DNA from: Octopus vulgaris
Taxonomy: Eukaryota
Assembly: GCA_951406725.2 (NCBI GenBank)
Contig: OX597838.1
Span: 18,414,001-18,478,000, forward strand
Reading direction: 5' to 3'
Length of the DNA: 64,000 bases
Made by a program: the position numbers and the translations under genes. The notes beneath the pieces were generated by a model. That model searched no databases. It worked only from the letters and a program-made list of their open reading frames with translations, and had not been told where the DNA came from. This document shows, one piece after another, positions 57,463 to 64,000 of this stretch; position 1 is the first letter of the stretch, and every line of letters starts with the position of its first letter.

Positions 57463-57733
57463 TTTATACACGCAAATATATCCATAGCCATGTATGCATA
57501 TATTCATGTGTGCGTGCGTACGCAATTTTGCGTATGTATATATGCACAACCATATAAAATATAATGTAATAAAATAGAATAGAATATATATATGTATGTG
57601 TGTGTGTGTGTGTGTGTGTTTGTGCGTGTGTGTGTGTGTGTGTGTGTGTACGAAGAACAAACACAAAAGCAACAACGCAAGAACGTGGTACATGTACAGT
57701 ATTATCAGATGCTCAGGGAAGGGAAGTAAGGTG

Positions 57734-57768
57734 GTTTTACGTTTCGAGCAAAGCTCTTCTTCAGGAAC
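57734..57768 (-). ncRNA. Minimal hammerhead motif within a short H1-related element (57655-57808)
   Basis: gttc CTGAAGA a gagc ttt gctc GAAAC GTA aaac. Confidence 0.65.
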
Positions 57769-57817
57769 AGGAGACGGAGGAAAGTCCAATAGAAAAGGTA
57801 GAAGATAAATATATATG

Positions 57818-57849
<32 letters not shown>

Positions 57850-57914
57850 TATATATACATATATATACATATATACACATATATACATAGACACATCTAT
57901 ACGTGCATACACAC

Positions 57915-57952
<38 letters not shown>

Positions 57953-58465
57953 AATATATGAATGATTTCTTTAAATTGTATACATCTCTTGTATACCAAT
58001 CATCAGCCTAAATTTATTTTTATATACATCTCCAAAATACTATTCAAGAACAGCTATTATCTACTTTTTTTCTGAATAGAACTCTCATCCTAAAAGCAGC
58101 CTTAATATATTTTGTTCTATATTTAGTGAAATAGAGACATTTATTTTCTATAATTTCTCATTTATCTTCCTTATAGAAAGCCACATTAAAAGCTTTTCTC
58201 TTTAGCTTTATTTAATACGTATTGTAATCTGTAGTCGGTACTCAAAGACAACTGTTATAATGGTTAAAGCAAAATTTCAAAACAGTAACATCACTTTTTT
58301 TTTATTAACGTAGCTTCTAGCAAACATCTTTGAATAGACGCGCAGCAGAGGCACACAGGAGCATGCACGTATACACAGACACACACCTATATTATACATA
58401 CACACAAATACGCATACATTAATATATACACATATATGCAAACACACAGGCATATATATATATAT

Positions 58466-58527
<62 letters not shown>

Positions 58528-58568
58528 CATCATATATATATATATATATGTATTATATATATGTATTA

Positions 58569-58631
<63 letters not shown>

Positions 58632-59545
58632 CATACATGAAGGCATATATGAATACATGCATACATGTATACATGGTTACATTCATAAATGTATACACAC
58701 ACATATACATACATGTATCCTTTCAGTTATATATTCCTACATATATGCGGACGTACTGACATATATACACATATACATTTATACATGCATGCAAATACAC
58801 ATACATACGTATATACGCACATACACAGGTACGCACGCATACATACACAGGCAAACTCACAATCGTAATACTTACATACATACAAGCATTGAAGCCTATA
58901 CTCCTGCATACATACATACATACATACATACACTCATGCATACATGCATACATACATACATACATACATACATACACACATGCATACATACACACATGCA
59001 TACATACATACATACGTACACACATACATACATACATACATACATACACACATACATACATATATACATATATACATACATACATACATACATACATACA
59101 TGCATACATACTTAAATGCTGGAAGCCATCTTGTATGGAGCCATACTACTAGAAATTTCTTTGATGTTACCATAGAAACGCGCACGGAAGAGACAACCAG
59201 GGCAGTTACATTGTGTGTCCAGCTTCGTTTATGCTATCTTTCTAGGTCCCTTTCTAGGTCAACAAATAAATAGTGTTTTCCTTCCAAGGAGCTGCATAGT
59301 CCCTAGGGATAACGCCGAATTTCTCCACTGGCACAATTTGGGAAAGAAGCAACATACATACCAAACCTCTAACGCAGTGATTCCCTAACATTGGGGAGTG
59401 AGAAGATTGTGGTGAGGCGTGGAACCGTAGTTGCCAGGCTCAAGGTTCTTATTAAAGTAATTCACATTGCTTTTCTTAATCAATAAAGTGCTTTTTCCTG
59501 TGCTCGTTGTCGATAAGAGTTATCGGTAGATTCTTTTGTATTAAA

Positions 59546-59570
59546 TCTATATATATAAAGCTGAAGTTGT

Positions 59571-59611
<41 letters not shown>

Positions 59612-59757
59612 GCAGGGTTGGTAGCCTTCAACTAACGCTATCTCCTCCGAGACCCTGCAGCACAAGTTGACCAAAATTGAGAGTATGATAGAAGAAGGCT
59701 TGCTCTTCATTTCGTAGGAGAAAAAAATCAAATCGGACCATGTTAACACCAAAAATT
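59546..59757 (+). mobile_element. Helitron-like element, 3'-truncated sibling of 45680-46082
   Basis: tctatatatataaagctgaagttg..ctatctcctccgagaccct..aatcggaccatgttaa. Confidence 0.7.
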
Positions 59758-62609
59758 ATATATATATATATATACATATATAAATACATATATATCTACT
59801 TACATATATGTATATGTACGTACGTATTGATTGAACATATATATATATGGATATGATACTAGGCGCACGAGCGCATTTGTGCGTGTATATGTGTTTGGTT
59901 GTTTGTGTGTATGCGTGCGTTGTGCTACTGATATGGAACAACAAAAAATGAAAATCCTTTCGTAAAATGTCTTTGAAGAGAGACAAAACAATGTCAGCTC
60001 GAAAATATAGCGTACAATTAATGAATGTTAACATATTTATAATATTATTGTTGCTGTTGTTATTCAACACCAAACACACCTTAATCGGTTGGGTCTATGA
60101 TCAAATGTAGCAAACCATGATCTCTAGGCTTTTCAAACATTTAGTTGTTAAGACTGGATTATCTAACGTATTATTTTTTTATCTCTGAGGCGCCAGTAAT
60201 CTACAAAGAATTTAGCTGCTATTTTTAGAAGCTCGAGCAGCCACGTAGAGACGTCCTCGTTTGTTCCCTCTCCCGTGTACAACACGGGTGTGATGTGCGG
60301 GTGTATTTCTGATGTGCTGTGCTGAAGAAGCTATAAAGGTACGGCTTTGCACTACAACGTAGACACACACTGATTTCCGTAATAAGAAACTGCAAAGTTG
60401 CTGTCTCGCATCACATTTGAAAAAAAGCTTTGACGTCATTTCCGTTTTGGAGAAGCAATTCTTTCATCATATCGAATAACACTGGAAACAACAGACTCAC
60501 ACAAGGATGGTGAATAACTAAAAATAGAAGCTAAAACACATTAACAATGCAAACACATACACCATAGATTCTCTCCCCGTCTTTCTATTGTTCGTTAGTT
60601 TTCTACGTTTCTTTGTCTCTGTGTCTACCTTTCCACCAACATACATACATACGTACACACATATATACATATACATATATACATATACATATACTTATGA
60701 TAGACTTTGGTTATTTACAAGAACAAAAGAGTATTCTATATATATATAGTGAAGCGAAATATTTACTGATGCAGCTGCTTTTAGTGATTATAAATCAGGA
60801 TTGGAGGTTTCATATTCGGATTATCCGAAAGATTCAACATAAAAAGTATAACTAGTCGGCGTGGCTATCAGCCAAGTACAATGAAGACTCAGTGAGTGAT
60901 TATCGAAACATCGAGTATTTTATGACAGAAATAACAATCTAAGCAAAGAGTATAGCTTATGTATTAATATTTTTACCGGTGATTAGTTTTCTGCATAATG
61001 GCAAAAGTCATAATGAACAACTGTATGTAAGAGACCGCTTAATGAATATGCTGTGATAAGAGAAACGTCAATAGAGTGATAAAATATTAAAGAGTTGAAG
61101 CAAATGTTAAGATGATAATGGGTGTTGTACATCATGAAATATGTCAAAGTTAGTAAATAAATGACAATGGACATTAAATGAAAATATGAAGAATAGTATA
61201 AATAATTCGGATAAATAGTTACATGACAATCCATTCATTCAAGTGGTTGTATAAACTTGCTCTGTCCCAGTAAACGATTATCAAATTTTGCTGAAAAATC
61301 TTCTTTGTATTTAACATTTAAAGCGTTCGCGAATTTTTTTAAGTTCTTGCGTACGGTGTTCTTTTCAGATGTGATAATCCGCAGGTTTTTGTACTATTTC
61401 TATATGGTTTACATCTTCCAAGGAATTTTTTTTCTTGATGCTGATGCGGAATGTAGAATCGTGTTCTTTTGAAGTCCAGTTCTTTTGAATAGTTTTATAA
61501 TACTCCTCCTTTCTATATTTTTGCGAGAAGTATAGTTGAAGTATCTTTGGTTACATTTGGATCAAATACACCATCAACACACTGTTACTCAATAGTAAGA
61601 AACATGCTGAGACGTATTTTCTTTCACATCTCCCTTATCTTTAAATGTTAGGCTTAACATAGCTGAATATTTCCAGCCTCAATAAATAGCATTTCTTCTC
61701 ATCATTGATACAGAATATTATACAATAGAAATAACCTAAAATTAAGTTACAGCTGCACCACGAATATTACAGAAAACTTAACAAATAACACTTTTTAAAT
61801 AACTGAGGCTAATCATAAATGCGAAGAATTAAATCCATACTCCCTATTTAGACATGCAACGCATTTGCTGTCTTTTACAAAACAGCGGGTGCCTCTACTA
61901 AATAAATATTAAACATATAGAATTTGAAAATATGGTTGAAAATGATTTTAAACTGAATTACTTCGACTATAGTTCACTCTGATTGAAGCTATAATGGCTG
62001 TGATTTGTGGTAGGTACGAGAAAGTGGGGTAAGGTTATGTCATGTGATTTTTTAGAAGTATAGTTATCAATAGAGGAGCTATACTGCGTTCAAGTCACGA
62101 ACGAGTTGACTGGTAGCACGTATTGTTTTAGTAATGTGATGTAAGTTAGACGGCAGTTCGTGAGACAAAAGGTTTAAAATAAAGTTAAAAATCATGAAAG
62201 AAACGGAGACAAGATAGAAAAGGAGAAAGAATTGAGAGAAAAAAAAACAAAAAAACATAAGAGAGAAAGAGAAAAAAAAATTAATGAGAAAGAAGCTAGT
62301 TTATTTTTAATGAAGAGACAAATTGAAAGAAGGAAATAAGGGAAGGAAGAAGGATGACCGTCGAGAGAATGGATGAATAAAGGTATTGGGGAGGTGGTGG
62401 TGGTGGTGGTGCTGGTGGTGGTGCTGGCGGGGGGGGGCGATGGATCAATGATACATTCATTACATCTGTATTCATTATAGAAATAGGTTTATTAAGAAAT
62501 ACACTTCTTTAACAAATATTATAAATAAAACCTGCATATACATGCGCACTCATACACATACGCGCACACTCATGTGCGTGCACAAACGCATATAAACACA
62601 CATACAAGT

Positions 62610-62722
<113 letters not shown>

Positions 62723-63177
62723 TAGATATACATACATGCACACACATATACATATTTACATATATATGCTCGTTTTTAGCTGTTATTCTATTTCTAGAAA
62801 TTATAGGTTCTACTTTGCGCCCTCATTTATGTATTCGACATTTTGGGTTTTTAATTGCTATTTTATAACGTATTTAATATATCATAATATTAATTTATCG
62901 TTAGAATATCTTATACACAAGCAAAATGGTATAATTACAACCATATACAATTTATCCATTTTCTTCTCTAGGCTATTCCTTCTTTTTTTTTTCAGCTCCA
63001 TGTTTCAGATGCGTTTTATTAGCAAATATAATAAATATTTTTAGCATATCAATGGCAATACCATACCAAATTGGAAGCAGAAACAGCTGTTAGATGGGAT
63101 GCAGTCTGTTTGTATCGAATTAATAAATAATACGTGATATAAGTCAATTGTTCCTCATTATTTCTCCATTTTCTATT

Positions 63178-63227
<50 letters not shown>

Positions 63228-63232
<5 letters not shown>

Positions 63233-63558
63233 CAAACGGTAATCAGAAATATTTAAAAATTTCTATTACCTGTGGCCTAGCGTGTAAAAGTTTAGTCAAT
63301 AGACCATATATTATTCGTATAAATACAGTGTACATTTAAATACATATGAGGCATCCATCATAGGATTCCTTGGACGCTAGAGAGGACAGTTAAATTTCAG
63401 ACCATTATTAGGGATAAAATTTCGAAGGGATTAGATGGTAAATGTTTTTATTTTTCATTTCCTTCGAAATTTTATCTCTGATAGTGGTTTGGAATTTAAC
63501 TGTCCTCTCTAGCGTGCAAGGACTCCTATGATGGATGCCTCATGTGTGTTTAAATGTA

Positions 63559-63562
<4 letters not shown>
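63228..63562. mobile_element. (TA)n-flanked element: unique tail plus palindrome (arms 63327-63428 / 63461-63562)
   Basis: agtgtacatttaaa..tgaggcatccatcatagga / tcctatgatggatgcctca..tttaaatgtacact. Confidence 0.8.
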
Positions 63563-63598
<36 letters not shown>

Positions 63599-63603
<5 letters not shown>

Positions 63604-63800
63604 ATCCAAACAAGAAAGCACAAAAAAAACACAACAACGCGAGGACGTGGAACAAATATAGTATTATTGGATGCTCAGGAAAGAAGGAAAGAAGGAGGGT
63701 TTAACATTTCGAGCGGAGCTCTTCGTCGGAAACATAGGAGAAGGAAAGATCCAGAGAAGGGAAGACAGAGGGACAAAAATAGCCAACGGTACACACGAGG

Positions 63801-63803
<3 letters not shown>
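63599..63803 (-). mobile_element. H1-related short element with degenerate minimal hammerhead (63699-63733)
   Basis: gttt CCGACGA a gagc tcc gctc GAAA tgtt aaac; similar to 57655-57808; (TA)n on both sides. Confidence 0.6.
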
Positions 63804-63838
<35 letters not shown>

Positions 63839-64000
63839 GTACACACACACAGTGCACATAATTTTATGTACACAGGTACACGAAATACAAATATATACAG
63901 TTATAGATATATAAACTTAGAGGTGTTCTGTGTGTGTTTGTGGAGAGAGACAGACAGATTCACAAGTGACGGCTGTGATAATGTATATATACATGTGTAT

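Noticed and set aside
60320-60350. CTGAAGA-agct..ggct hammerhead-like start
   Set aside because: No GAAA after the stem and no stem I or III

Overview
AT-rich eukaryotic non-coding DNA dominated by microsatellites ((TA)n, (AAT)n, (CATA)n, (GGT)n) and interspersed repeats. The SINE types and repeat landscape suggest an octopus/cephalopod genome (inference). I see no intact host protein-coding gene, and almost all ORFs in the track are microsatellite artefacts. Recognisable content: at least four tRNA-derived SINE families, a U6 snRNA copy broken by a tandem SINE array, R4/Dong-type LINE 3' ends in (TAA)n, a Gypsy gag relic, Tc1 and mariner relics, MITEs and non-autonomous Helitrons. The most striking signal is a set of short, mutually unrelated, non-coding elements embedded in (TA)n. 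They share one architecture (inverted head or palindrome, partial tandem unit, unique tail) and carry type-I hammerhead ribozyme motifs. One has two identical hammerheads 481 nt apart (retrozyme/circRNA-like). A separate insert flanked by a target-site duplication (TSD) joins a tRNA-derived head to a hammerhead-bearing tail. All coordinates were read by eye and may be off by a few bases.
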